A program made the translations under genes and the position numbers. The notes below the pieces were generated by a model. The model searched no databases. It was given only the letters and a program-made list of their open reading frames with translations, and had not been told where the DNA came from. A stretch of DNA of 63,676 bases, the filler included, from Octopus bimaculoides (taxonomy: Eukaryota): NCBI RefSeq assembly GCF_001194135.2. It is 9 parts of 9 records of this genome, joined end to end, with 100 filler letters (N's around TTAATTAATTAA, not from the genome) between each part and the next. Parts side by side here need not be neighbours in the genome. Positions count along the whole stretch, not along the records: positions 9,905 to 20,188 come from NC_068990.1; positions 20,289 to 25,818 come from NC_069007.1; 7 more parts are not named here. One strand, written 5' to 3'. This document shows, piece after piece, positions 10,893 through 21,578 of this stretch; position 1 is the stretch's first letter, and every line of letters starts with the position of its first letter.

Positions 10893-10921
10893 GTTCATCA
10901 GATTCCAATCCACCTAAACGA
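10893..10921 (+). other. Candidate 29-nt micro-exon, gene unassigned
   Basis: Polypyrimidine acceptor ttttctttcttaatcAG and consensus donor GTAAGT (10922-10927) in unique, non-repeat sequence. Confidence 0.4.
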
Positions 10922-11321
10922 GTAAGTCAGCATTTTACATTTTTATTTAAATGCACTAAAAGAGATACTTTTGTGCTTCATTATCCAAATTTAGAAATTA
11001 CTTCTTACAGCTTGAGACAAATGTGTGCACAATAAGAGTACAAGTATATTTGCTATATTTTAAATTGGCATCACAGGTTACTTATTTGATAAATTCATTT
11101 GTTGGTTTAATGTACTATATATAAAGAGAAAGAGAGACATACTGGGTATTTATATATATTGGGTATTTGGGCTAAACTTGACAGTTTGCATAAAAAGAAA
11201 AGAAACCACTATCCTTTAGATCAAAAAATTTCACAGTACCTGCCATTAGCTTACACCACAGCCTCCAGACATCCCTTGATCTTAGCATCCAGTTTGACCT
11301 TACACGTGTGTGTGTGTGTGT

Positions 11322-11496
11322 GTATCATCATCATCGTTTAACGTCCGCTTTCCATGCTAGCATGGGTTGGACGATTTGACTGAGGACTGGTGAAACCGGA
11401 TGGCAACACCAGGCTCCAGTCTGATTTGGCAGAGTTTCTACAGCTGGATGCCCTTCCTAACGCCAACCACTCAGAGAGTGTAGTGGGTGCTTTTAC

Positions 11497-11500
<4 letters not shown>
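11322..11500 (-). mobile_element. Short repeat family E (RTE-like 3' end with (GAT)n tail)
   Basis: catcatcgtttaacgtccgctttccatgctagcatgggttggacg...gcccttcctaacgccaaccac recurs at 18390-18525, 54722-54910 and 62715-62920. Confidence 0.75.
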
Positions 11501-11536
<36 letters not shown>

Positions 11537-11707
11537 TCCTCCTATGTATATGTAAATGTGGTATATATATATGTGTGTGTGTACGTATGTGTGTATATAT
11601 ACATACATACATACATACATACATACATACATACATACAATATGTGACCGCGTGTGCATCGTTGTCGATTTTCTTTCTCTGTCTTCCCTTCTTTGGACTT
11701 TTCCTAT

Positions 11708-11742
11708 ATTTCTGATGAAGAGCTCCGCTCGAAATGTGAAAT
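11708..11742 (+). ncRNA. Degenerate minimal type I hammerhead motif in a Penelope-like repeat remnant
   Basis: ATTT-CTGATGA-A-GAGC(TCC)GCTC-GAAA-TG-TG-AAAT: core boxes and helices I and II present, but position 17 is G (non-cleavable). Confidence 0.55.
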
Positions 11743-11849
11743 CCTCTTTCTTTTCTTTCCTTTCCTGAGCGTCCAATAACACTGTACTTATTCCATGTCC
11801 TCGCGTTGTTGTTTTTTCATGTTTTTTCTTGCTTGTTCATGTTTGGATT

Positions 11850-11889
<40 letters not shown>

Positions 11890-11891
<2 letters not shown>

Positions 11892-14800
11892 AACTCTCCC
11901 GTTGGTTTCGACATATGAGGCTCCAACAACGTATTCTTTCTTTACGATCAACATATACCTGTTTAGGAGTGTCAGGAAAATTGTGAACCAGTGGCCTCTG
12001 CTTGACACCTCAAATTTGTTTAGGAGTAGGGCAAGATTGGCAGATTATTTCTGTTTTCTTGATGCTGATGGTCAAACCAAAGGCTTTACATGCAGCAGAA
12101 AACTGGTCTAGAAGTTCCTGAGCTTCTTCTAAAGAGGTTGCTACTAGTGCAGATTCATATGCAAAAAGTAGATCACAAATGATGCTGGTGCATAGCAGTG
12201 TCCTGGCTTTAAAACACTGATTATTGAATAGTGCACCACTTGTTTGAAACTGGAATTTGACATCACTTTGTTACCAAAAGCATACCTCAGCATCACTGAA
12301 AAGAAGAGTGCAAACAAAACAGGAGCCATAACACAACGTTGCTTTGTGCTGTTTGTAACAGTAAAGGAAGCCGATGATTCCCCGCCAGACACAACAGCAG
12401 CCTTCATTCCCTCATGAAAGATGATAACATTCAACATCTTGTTAGGTATACTAAGCTTTTTCAGAACTTTCCATAGTGATTGTCGGTTAACAGTGTCAAA
12501 AGCCTTAGTAAGGTCAACGAATATCAAGAACAGCTCTTGATTTTTCTCATGTACCTTCTCCATGACCTGTTGGAGAGAAAAGATTATGTTAATAGTGCCC
12601 ATGACCAGAGCGAAATCTGCACTGTGATTATGGATTGATATCATTTACATGTTTGATGATCCTGTCAAGAATTAGTCAAGCAAGAATCTTACCAGCAATA
12701 GACAGAAGCAATATTCCACGATGATTATCACAGACACTTCTGTTTCCTTTGTTCTTATATAGATGTTGAATTGAAGCATCCTTGAAGTCCTGTGGTACAC
12801 AGCCTACCTTCCAGATGTTTATGAAGAGGTCATGTAGTTTCTTAAAAAGCTTCTGTCCACCACGTTTGTAAATTTCAGGTGGGATAGCATCTCTGCCAGG
12901 TGCTTTACCAGAGGAGATCTGTTTAATAGAGTTTACTACTTCCAGGAAGGTTGGCTCCAGAGACAGTTCCAGTATTATAGTTTGCTGTAGAACAGACATT
13001 ATGATGTCATCATTAGTGACTAAGGTGGAGTTAGTTCAACATGGCTTCCAAGTGATCTGTCAGATTTGTCAGTCAGCAATGTCTCTGTATTCAATGAAAA
13101 AATAGGAGTAACACTGTGCTCTTGAGGACCATGCACTTTCTTGAGGACCATACACTTTCTTGAGGCCATCATAAAAGGCTTTAGAATCCTTTCTGTCTGC
13201 AGTTTCCTGGAGTTCAGTAGCCTTGAAAGACCACCAAGCCTCCTTCAGCTGTCTCAGAGCATGTTGGACCTGGCCTCTGCATTTCTTGTAGGTATTCTCT
13301 TTTCTGGATGAGCTCTTATCATTTATCCAAGTTTGGTGAGAGCTGTACATTTTATTTATCGATTGTTGGACATCTGTGTTATTCTTGAACCAGTCTTGAT
13401 GTTTACGAACAGGAAGACCAAGAGCCTCTACAGATGCAGAGTGCGTTGCATCATACAGAGCCTTCCAAGATGATTCTATGTCATCATTGATATCCACAGT
13501 GTTGAGTGCAGTGTCCAACTTGATAGATAGCTCAGCCTGCTTTTCAAGTTTTCAAAGGCAGAACATTAATGCACCTTAGGTACTGATGACTTTTGTAGTC
13601 TTGTGTGTTTCAGATGGAACATAGCCTTACTACAGAGAAGAGAATAGTCAGGAACATGTAATATTAAAGTCCTTAATATCTCATTTCTTAGTAATAACAT
13701 AGTCGATGAGATGCCAATCCTTAGATGTAGGATGTATCCAGGTCATCTTACAACAACTTCACTGTTGAAAAAAAGTATTTGTGATGCTTAGACTGAATTT
13801 TCTGCAGATGGAGAGCATATGCTGACTGCTGGAGTTCATTCGACCTCACCATTGTGACCAAGTACTCCCTCCCATGCCTGATAGTAAGTACCAACACAAG
13901 CATTTAAGTCACCCATAAGGATAAGTTTATCCTTATGGTGATAACTGGAGATGACATCACGGAGTTGGTTGTAAAATTCATCCTTTTCCTGCTCATTGCT
14001 GACTATGGTTGGGGCATAGCAAGTGATAAGGGTAGCACAAGTGTTGTGATCAAGTTCTAATGTTAGTGTAATGATGCAATCAGAAATACCTCTGGGTAGA
14101 GAAAGAAGGGATCTTGCTATTTCTCTTTTGATGGCAAAACCAACACCAGCATGGCATGGCTCAGCTTCATTTCTCCCTCACCAGAAAAATATGTATCCAC
14201 CTTTACTTTTTTCTAACTGTGATGATCCTGCAAGAAGAGTTTCACTGAGTGCAGCTATGTCAATTTTGTATTTCTTTAGTTCAAGGGCAACCAGTGCTGT
14301 TTTTTGTTCTGGAGCTGAGTGACTGTCTTGGAGAGTGTGCACATTCCAAGAGCCAAGGNNNNNNNNNNNNNNNNNNNNNNNNNNNNNNNNNNNNNNNNNN
14401 NNNNNNNNNNNNNNNNNNNNNNNNNNNNNNNNNNNNNNNNNNNNNNNNNNNNNNNNNNNNNNNNNNNNNNNNNNNNNNNNNNNGAGCCAAGGTTAATATT
14501 CTTAGATTTCTTCATGTTTCAACTAAGGTGAATAAGCAATGTTTGGGGCTCCTTTTCTCACCCCACCTCCTGTTGGGAAAAGCAGTGCCGTGTCTAAATA
14601 GACCTGCTTTGTCACCCTGGAGGACACAGACAGCACAGTTACTCACAAGCTCTGTGCTGGAATGGTCATCACTCAATGGTTGCCGGTGTGTAGAGATCCA
14701 GCAAGAGACTTCCAGTAATATCCTTTACCTGTCCCTGCCACTTTCACTCTCTTGCCAGAGGACTTTTGGAATTTTTCTTTTGGTTGAAACTATGCCGTAT

Positions 14801-15130
14801 TGAATGAATAAATGTAAGTTGTCAGAAAACCCACACATATGATTTGATTTGAGTGTTGAAGGCTTGTGTAGAACCAGCTAGACTTGGAAGTGATGATAGC
14901 AAGAATATTGTGCACATATGTGCCACAGTACCAAGAACAACTTTTATCTCAGAGGTTTCCATCTCCTAGATGAGCCGCTATAAACAAACTGGATAGCCTA
15001 GTCTACCCTATGAGTTAGAGTTTGCTCCTTGTTAAGGAGACCCTCAGCAACCAAAGACCTGGTTCTATAACAGAGTTTCCCTCTCCTAGATGGGATGCCT
15101 TCACCATAGTTAAGGAGTCCCATCTTCCCC
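11890..15130 (-). mobile_element. Long decayed RTE (BovB-like) LINE: 5'UTR, APE and RT
   Basis: Minus ORFs include ...HPTSKDWHLIDYV..., FKNNTDVQQSINK, SSGKAPGRDAIPPEIYKRGG...NHRGILLLSIAGKILA, and LQQVMEKVHEKNQELFLIFVDLTKAFDTVNRQSLWKVL...KQRCVMAPVLFALFFS. Spans the gap at 14359-14483; the UTR limit is approximate. Confidence 0.88.
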
Positions 15131-15467
15131 TTAATATATGGAATTAAATACACCAAGAAAAGTAATTATACACACGTATATATATTTGGATGGCCGTTAA
15201 CTACTCATGAGTTCCTCTGCTCTTTATGACAAGTTTTATTTTTCGTCCTGCAGAGTGTCCAACTATCACTCTCCTCACCAAGCAAACGTGGTGGGGTTGC
15301 CAGTTTAGTCGCTGACGACCCGACCATGTAACAGGTTGTACTGGGTTACATGTTACCAGTAGCGAACAAGAGTGACTGATAGCACTTGAGAGTGACCTGA
15401 CTTTTCTTTTTGATATGGGGGGGGGGGTATATATATTTATGTATATATCTATATATGTATGTGTGTG

Positions 15468-15502
<35 letters not shown>

Positions 15503-15544
15503 TTATAAAACAAATGATAGAGACAGGAAATGATATATACAAGA

Positions 15545-15670
15545 AACTTCATCAATAAAGTTCTATATTTAAGAGATGAGGAATTATGTACATTATTTAC
15601 ATAACTAGTCTAGTTATGTACATTATTTACATAACTATGTACATAACTAGTACATTATTTACATAACTAG
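15545..15670. repeat. Truncated copy of the repeat at 44931-45140, with internal duplications of tacattatttacataactag
   Basis: agttctata.ttaagaga.gaggaa.tatgtacattatttaca is shared with 44931-44985. Confidence 0.7.
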
Positions 15671-15686
15671 TCACCTCATATTATGC

Positions 15687-16760
15687 CTAAAACCTTGCTT
15701 TATTTTTTTTGTATGCTATATGTTAAATAGTAGCTATATTTCATTACTGTATTTATTTTGAGATGCTCTGTGTTTCTTTCAATTAATTTTGAATATAACA
15801 AAGAATTTAGATAACTTAGTTATCATTATGCTAGTGTTAGGAGCATAAATTGTGACTGAGGTTTGGTGGAAAATTTTAATTCAAAACTTATGAAAACAAG
15901 ACATTTGTACTACAGAGCCAGAGGCAGTTTCAGCTGGGTAGGTATCGAAAAGGTTAAGCAGTTCTAGTGAAAATGTGTTTTAGTCCCCACTTCATTTTGC
16001 TTGGGTTCTCACTTTATTTTATCTTGCTCATCTTACATCTAAAACCTCACTTTTTTCCATGCTACATGTTAAATAGTAGATATGTTCAGCAATCCTAATG
16101 AAAGTGTACTTTTTTCGCCTCTTCGCTTTATTTGGTTATTTTATATGGATTATACCTTTGACATGGGACAGCCATGCTGCTTAATCATTCATGACACCTG
16201 TTAGCTGTTTTGACCTCAGCACGAGGGTATATTGCTTCTGCTCCCTGTAAAATAGCTTCCTAAGGTCCTACCTCATATTTGTGATTCTAGTCATATGAAA
16301 CAGATGTGTATAAAGAAGAAATGTTGAGATAAACAACTTTGTTTTTCCTTCCTAGCTGTAATTATCACCTCACTTCATATCACACATATTATCTATAAAG
16401 CCTCATTTATTTCCATGCTGTATGTTAACTAGTAAAGTTAAGTAATCCTAATTTTCAAATAAGCAGTTCCATTATTCTTTCCTAGCTTTAATTCTTAAAA
16501 TATTTCATCTCGCTCTTATTCTGTCTAAAACCTCACTTTTTTCTATGTTATACATTAATTAATAGCTACATTAAGCAATTCTAGTGAAAATATGCTTTTT
16601 TTAAAAATGTTGTTTTGTTTGGATTCTCACATTAAATTATCTCACTCATATTATGTCTAAAACCTTGCCTTTTTCCATGCTATATGTCAAATAGTAGCTA
16701 CATTAAGCAATCCTAGTGAAAATGTACTTTTTTTCCCCTTTTCACTTTGTTTGGATATTT
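15687..16760. repeat. Old degenerate tandem repeat, period about 132 bp, five or more units
   Basis: ctaaaacc..ttttt.catgcta.atg..aaatagtag motif at 15687, 16039, about 16392, 16525 and 16657 (16525 to 16657 = 132 bp). Confidence 0.75.
15739..15953. mobile_element. Probable piggyBac-type MITE inserted at the TTAA of a tandem-repeat unit
   Basis: Right end ...ggtatcgaaaagg|TTAA|gcagttctagtg. The interrupted unit elsewhere reads tagctacaTTAAgcaatcctagtg. Left end degraded. Confidence 0.5.
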
Positions 16761-16870
16761 TATGTGGCCTTATGTCTTAGGCTTAGGGCAGCTGTGCTGC
16801 TTGGTTGTTTGCCCACCACTTATACTAAAAGTCTCTTTCGTAAAACCTGCACCAGAAACCTATATGGAAT

Positions 16871-16872
<2 letters not shown>

Positions 16873-16935
<63 letters not shown>
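16873..16935. repeat. (CT)n microsatellite
   Basis: Read directly. Confidence 0.97.
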
Positions 16936-16938
<3 letters not shown>

Positions 16939-17049
16939 ATCTAGTGGTCTACTCCCTGGTAAACTTAGATTGTGTGAGGCAAATGAATGAAGGTGAAGTA
17001 AATGCAGGTTTAAACCTATTTGAATTGAGGACATGTCTGGGAAATGTAA

Positions 17050-18390
17050 TATGAGCTTTCTTTTCAGATGCAGAATGCTGTCCCCTATTCCTATATCCCC
17101 AGCTCACACCTGCCATACCTTAAAGTTGACATACTCAATGTAGACACATTGAGAGGTGGGTCTGGTGAGATTGTTAAGATGCTTGAATGAGGGACCAGCT
17201 ATCTGAATTGACGGCAGCTTGATAGATAAAGCAATTATGGATATGAAGACAAGGAAATCCCCCAGTACATTAGGAATTACTGTTGAGATGCTTCAAATAT
17301 CTAGCAGAGTGGGATATAGCTTAGTCACCTATATAGTTAATCATGTTGCCTACAAGTGAGTCACACCCAATGATTGGCGTAGCAGCATTATAGTTAGCAG
17401 CTAGACAGAAATAGTTACAGAGGAATGAAATTGTTGGACCAGATGATGAAAGTCACAGAAAGGCTCATAAGCTTAATTAATTGGGAAGTGAATTGGTCTA
17501 GATGAGATGCAGGTTGGATTTGTGCCAGGTAGAAGCATGACTGATGCTATCTTACTGGTTAGGCGACTGCAGGAGAAGTATTTAGCTTCTGTATTTGGCT
17601 TTTGTTGACATGGAGAAAGCTTATGAGAGGGTTCCCCACTCCCCTATCTGGTGGTCAATGCAGAAGCTAGGCATAGATGAGTGGTTAATGAGAGCTATAC
17701 AAGCCACGTACAGCGACGCTGCTAGCAAGATGAAGGTTGGCAACAAGTATAGCAATGAATTCAGTGTTCAGTTAGGAGTTCACCAAGGATCAATTCTCAG
17801 CCTCCTATTGTTTATCTTCGTCCTCCAGGCCTTAACAGGGGAATTTGAGTCTGGCTGCCCCTGGGATCTCTTCTACACTGATGACCATTTTAGCTGTATC
17901 ACTACCTGACCCAGAGAAGAAATTTCAGGTGTGGAAGCAGGGCCTGAAGTCTAAGGGTCTTAAAGTTAATGTAACAAAAACCAAAGTCCTAGTAAGTAGG
18001 AAAACACACAAATCCCTTCAGGAAGATGGCTCTGTTCAATATGTAGAAGTGTGTTGGTAGAAATTCTATAATTCTGCAAGATTTGGACACATGAAAGGTG
18101 TAGTGGTATCACAGGAAGGTAACAGAGAAAATAGTCTTTGTGTGTGGTAGATGTGTGGGTACAATCAGCACTAAAAATGTACTGACAATAGACTCACTCA
18201 ACTGCTCAGTGGGGGTTGTTGGAAGTAGTAGATAGCTTCTGTTACCTAGGCAACCAAGTTAGCTGTGGTGGAGGAAGTTCTAAAAGTGTAGTTGCTAGAA
18301 TACAAATAGACTGGGCACAGTTCAGGGAGTTTCTACATTTATTGGTAACTAAGAGTCTCTCCTTCAGAATGAAAGACAGGGCACCCAGCA
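17050..18390 (+). mobile_element. Internally deleted RTE-clade LINE (APE start plus RT)
   Basis: LKVDILNVDTLRG.SGEIVKMLE near 17120. RT: LDEMQVGFVPGRSMTDAI...AFVDMEKAYERVP...WWSMQKLGIDEWL...GVHQGSILSLLLF...DLFYTDD. Confidence 0.9.
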
Positions 18391-18524
18391 CTCTCTGTAG
18401 TGGTTGGTGTTAGGAAGAGCATCCAACTGTAGAGGTCATGTCATAACAAACAATTAGTCTCTAGCCAGCTCTTATCAAATCCATCCAACCCATGCCAGCA
18501 TCGAAAACAGACATTAAATGATGA

Positions 18525-18560
<36 letters not shown>

Positions 18561-18893
18561 CTCACACACACACACACACACACATATTTATTTATATAAG
18601 GGCATTACTATACATGAATGCCTCATGCTAAGTGGGACTCTAAGGTCGAAGTACCATAATAAACACATTTTTACACACACATATCTATATATCTGTATAT
18701 ATATACATATATATAATAAATTATATAATAAGGGTGGCTTATTAGCAAATATAACCTAAAGGTAAAATTAATAGAGGTCACAAAAGTGATGGAGGGTGCT
18801 TACTTATGCTAAAATAGGAGTTACATTAACCCCAAAGCCACTAAAGCACTATACTTAATGACTGACATAGGGAGGTAAGTCCCTAGGATATAT

Positions 18894-18949
18894 AGCCATA
18901 TCACGATTTCGAATTTTGGTGTAGACTACCTTAATTCTCATCAGTGGCT
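18894..18949 (-). ncRNA. Minimal type I hammerhead ribozyme motif
   Basis: AGCCA-CUGAUGA-GAAUU(AAGGUAGUCUACACCAA)AAUUC-GAAA-UCGUGA-UA-UGGCU. Full core, 5-bp helix I, helix II closed by G-C, self-complementary helix III (AUCGUGAU with two G-U), AUA triplet. Confidence 0.75.
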
Positions 18950-19252
18950 CTTAACACCTAGGGTTAAATTCAATTTCCTTTGTCAATCTTATAAGAAAAA
19001 CCATTGAAAACATGTGCTGATTTTCAAAACAGTGAAAGTGTAAACAACAAATTAGAAAGGTGATTTATTAGCAATTAGAACCTGAAAGCAAAATTAATAG
19101 AGGTCACAAAAGTGATGGCGGGTACTGCCTAGCACTACTTATGCTAAGATAAGAGTTAAATTAACACTAAAATACTATACTTAATGACTGACAAAGAGAG
19201 GTTTTTCTTATAAGATTGACGAAGGAAGTTGAAATTAACACTGAGTGTTAAG

Positions 19253-19308
19253 AGCCGCTGATGAAAATTAAGGTGGTCTACACCAAAATTTGAAATTGCA
19301 ATATGGTT
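19253..19308 (+). ncRNA. Minimal type I hammerhead ribozyme motif (opposite polarity to 18894-18949)
   Basis: AGCCG-CUGAUGA-AAAUU(AAGGUGGUCUACACCAA)AAUUU-GAAA-UUGCAA-UA-UGGUU. Perfect palindromic helix III AUUGCAAU; predicted cleavage after 19303. Confidence 0.72.
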
Positions 19309-19480
19309 ATATACGCTAAGGACTTACCTCCCTTCGTCAGTCATTAAATATAGTACTTTAGTGGCTTTGGAGTTAATTTAACTGTTATTTTAGCATAAGC
19401 AGTGCTAGTCACCACCCTCTATCACTTTTGTGACCTCTATTAATTTTGCTTTTATATCTATATATATATATATATATATA

Positions 19481-19703
19481 TTGTGTCTGAGGAGAGTTAT
19501 TTTCTTTTTGTACCTTATAATTTAACACACTCACCAGTAAAATTTTCCCTTCCAAAATTTCTGGACAGAGTCAAGACTATTGAAAAGGTTGCAAGATGCA
19601 ATGAAAATTTTAGGAAAATAAAAATAAGGAATAAATGGAAATTTTACCAGTGAGTGTGTTAAATTATAAGGCACAAAAAGAAAATGACTCTCCCCAGACA
19701 CAA
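19481..19703. repeat. Inverted repeat, 65-bp arms (19481-19545 / 19639-19703), 60/65 identical, spacer about 93 bp
   Basis: ttgtgtctgaggagagttattttctttttgtaccttataatttaacacactcaccagtaaaattt compared by eye with the reverse complement of the right arm. Confidence 0.9.
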
Positions 19704-19925
19704 CAGAATATGCTTCAATACACGAACTCACATAAAGAATCTTGCAAACCAAATCCAAGAATGAAATGTGTGTGTGTGTAGGAAAACTCAGCTGCGAATA
19801 TTCCCTGTATTGTGTCTTTGTTTAAATTTCTCATCCATTAAGTTTTTGTCTAGTTTTCCATGCACTCTGCTTTCATCTAACTTTTTCTTCTTGTGTTCTT
19901 TCTGTTCAACCCTTGATACATACAC

Positions 19926-19973
<48 letters not shown>

Positions 19974-20091
19974 GTTGTTGTACTTGGGGATGGTCATATT
20001 GCCAGTTTAGCCAATAAAAACACAAATGAAAATACAAAATGGCTGATAGTTAGCAAGGTGAGACACACATAAGAAAGAAGGAAACAAAGGA

Positions 20092-20131
20092 CCACTGATG
20101 AGGTCACAGAAGTGTGACGAAAGAACTCTGG
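20092..20131 (+). ncRNA. Hammerhead ribozyme-like motif
   Basis: CCA-CUGAUGA-G-GUCACA(GAAG)UGUGAC-GAAA-GAAC-UC-UGG. Intact core, 6-bp helix II, 3-bp helix I, CUC triplet; helix III marginal. Confidence 0.58.
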
Positions 20132-20474
20132 CCGAAATAAGATTAAGATTAATGTAATATAAAGCTGAAGCAAATTAATACCAAATATNNNNNNNNNNNN
20201 NNNNNNNNNNNNNNNNNNNNNNNNNNNNNNNNTTAATTAATTAANNNNNNNNNNNNNNNNNNNNNNNNNNNNNNNNNNNNNNNNNNNNGTATGTATATGT
20301 TTGTAGGTATATATATAAAAATATGTATATACGTATGTATGTATGTATGTATGCATGTATGTATGTTTGTATGTATGTATGTATATATTTATGTTTGTAT
20401 ATATGTATGAATGTAGGAATGTATGCTTGTATGATCGTCATTATCATGTTGAAAATGCATTACGTTTGTGTGAA

Positions 20475-20512
<38 letters not shown>

Positions 20513-20802
20513 CCAAATAGAAGTTCGACTTGTTTGACAAGTGACTAGAGCTTCCTCCCTTTGTCTTTAGCACCCTCCCCCTCTCTGTGTATACACACAT
20601 ACATACTGAAGGAGCCTTGGATCTAGGTTAGAAACCGGCTCTTTCTCTACTGACAAGACATCTTGAAATAAAACTGAACACATACATACATATATACATG
20701 TGTGTGTGTGAGGACAACATCCGAAACGTTATAACTTTTACCCTCTTACTTCCTATTCATCGTTCTTTTCTTGTTGTTTTGCTTGTCTTTATTTGAATTT
20801 GC

Positions 20803-20841
<39 letters not shown>

Positions 20842-21228
20842 ACACATACACACACACTACGCACACACACACATACTCACACGCACATACACGTGCGTGC
20901 GCGTGTGGTTCAAAAAGACAAAAAGAAATCGGATGTTCATATTGTGCGTTCAAATAATAGCTCACAGCTTTATTTGTCGTCTTTGCTTGTGTGTAATTGT
21001 TGATATTCTTTTTGCAAACAAGTGAATCACCTGTCGTCAACATTCAAATAAAAAAAAAGATTCACTCAACATTTTTAACGTATATTGAGTGCATGATTGA
21101 ACATGGGTCTTCTGGGTTTTATCAATCAGAATTCATAACTATAGATCTGTCGGTCTATCTATTTATTTCACTGTCTGCCTGTTTATCTATCTATCTATCT
21201 ATCTATCCATCTATCTGTCTATCTTTCC

Positions 21229-21578
21229 ACGCTGGTGCACCCAGGACTCATTCTGTTACTTAGTCTATCGGTCTATTTTGCCGAACCGCTAAGTTACGGG
21301 GACGTAAACACACCAGCATTGGTTGTCAAGTGATATTGTGGGGAAAAACACAGACACAAACATACACACACACACACGACAACAGCCCCTTGGCTGAAAC
21401 CCATAAAAAAAATATGACGGGTTTGTTTCAGTTTCCGTCTACCAAATCCATTCACAAGGCTTTAGTCGGCCCGAGGATATAGTAAAAGACACTTGCTCAA
21501 GGTGCCACGCAGTGGGACTGAACCCGTAACCATGTGGTTGGTAAGCAAGCTACTTACCACACAGCCACTCCTGCGCCT
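21229..21578 (-). mobile_element. Composite SINE: family B head, internal (CA)n, tail module D
   Basis: Same bipartite layout as 27747-28090 and 52908-53280. Confidence 0.8.

Larger units (their letters stand above)
18729..19451. mobile_element. Fold-back element, arrangement A-B-spacer-A'-B(rc)-A(rc), probably Penelope-like terminal repeats
   Basis: About 18762-19002 is the inverted homologue of about 19200-19450. A direct extra copy of A lies at about 19057-19200. Each B arm contains a hammerhead core. Confidence 0.82.

Noticed and set aside
7739-11890. RTE pieces at 7739-8150 and 11890-15130 as one element split by insertions
   Set aside because: The domains are collinear, but a conserved host exon lies between them, so independent copies are more plausible.
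14349-14492. gagccaagg repeated on both sides of the N gap, resembling a TSD
   Set aside because: More simply explained as overlapping contig ends within one RTE element.
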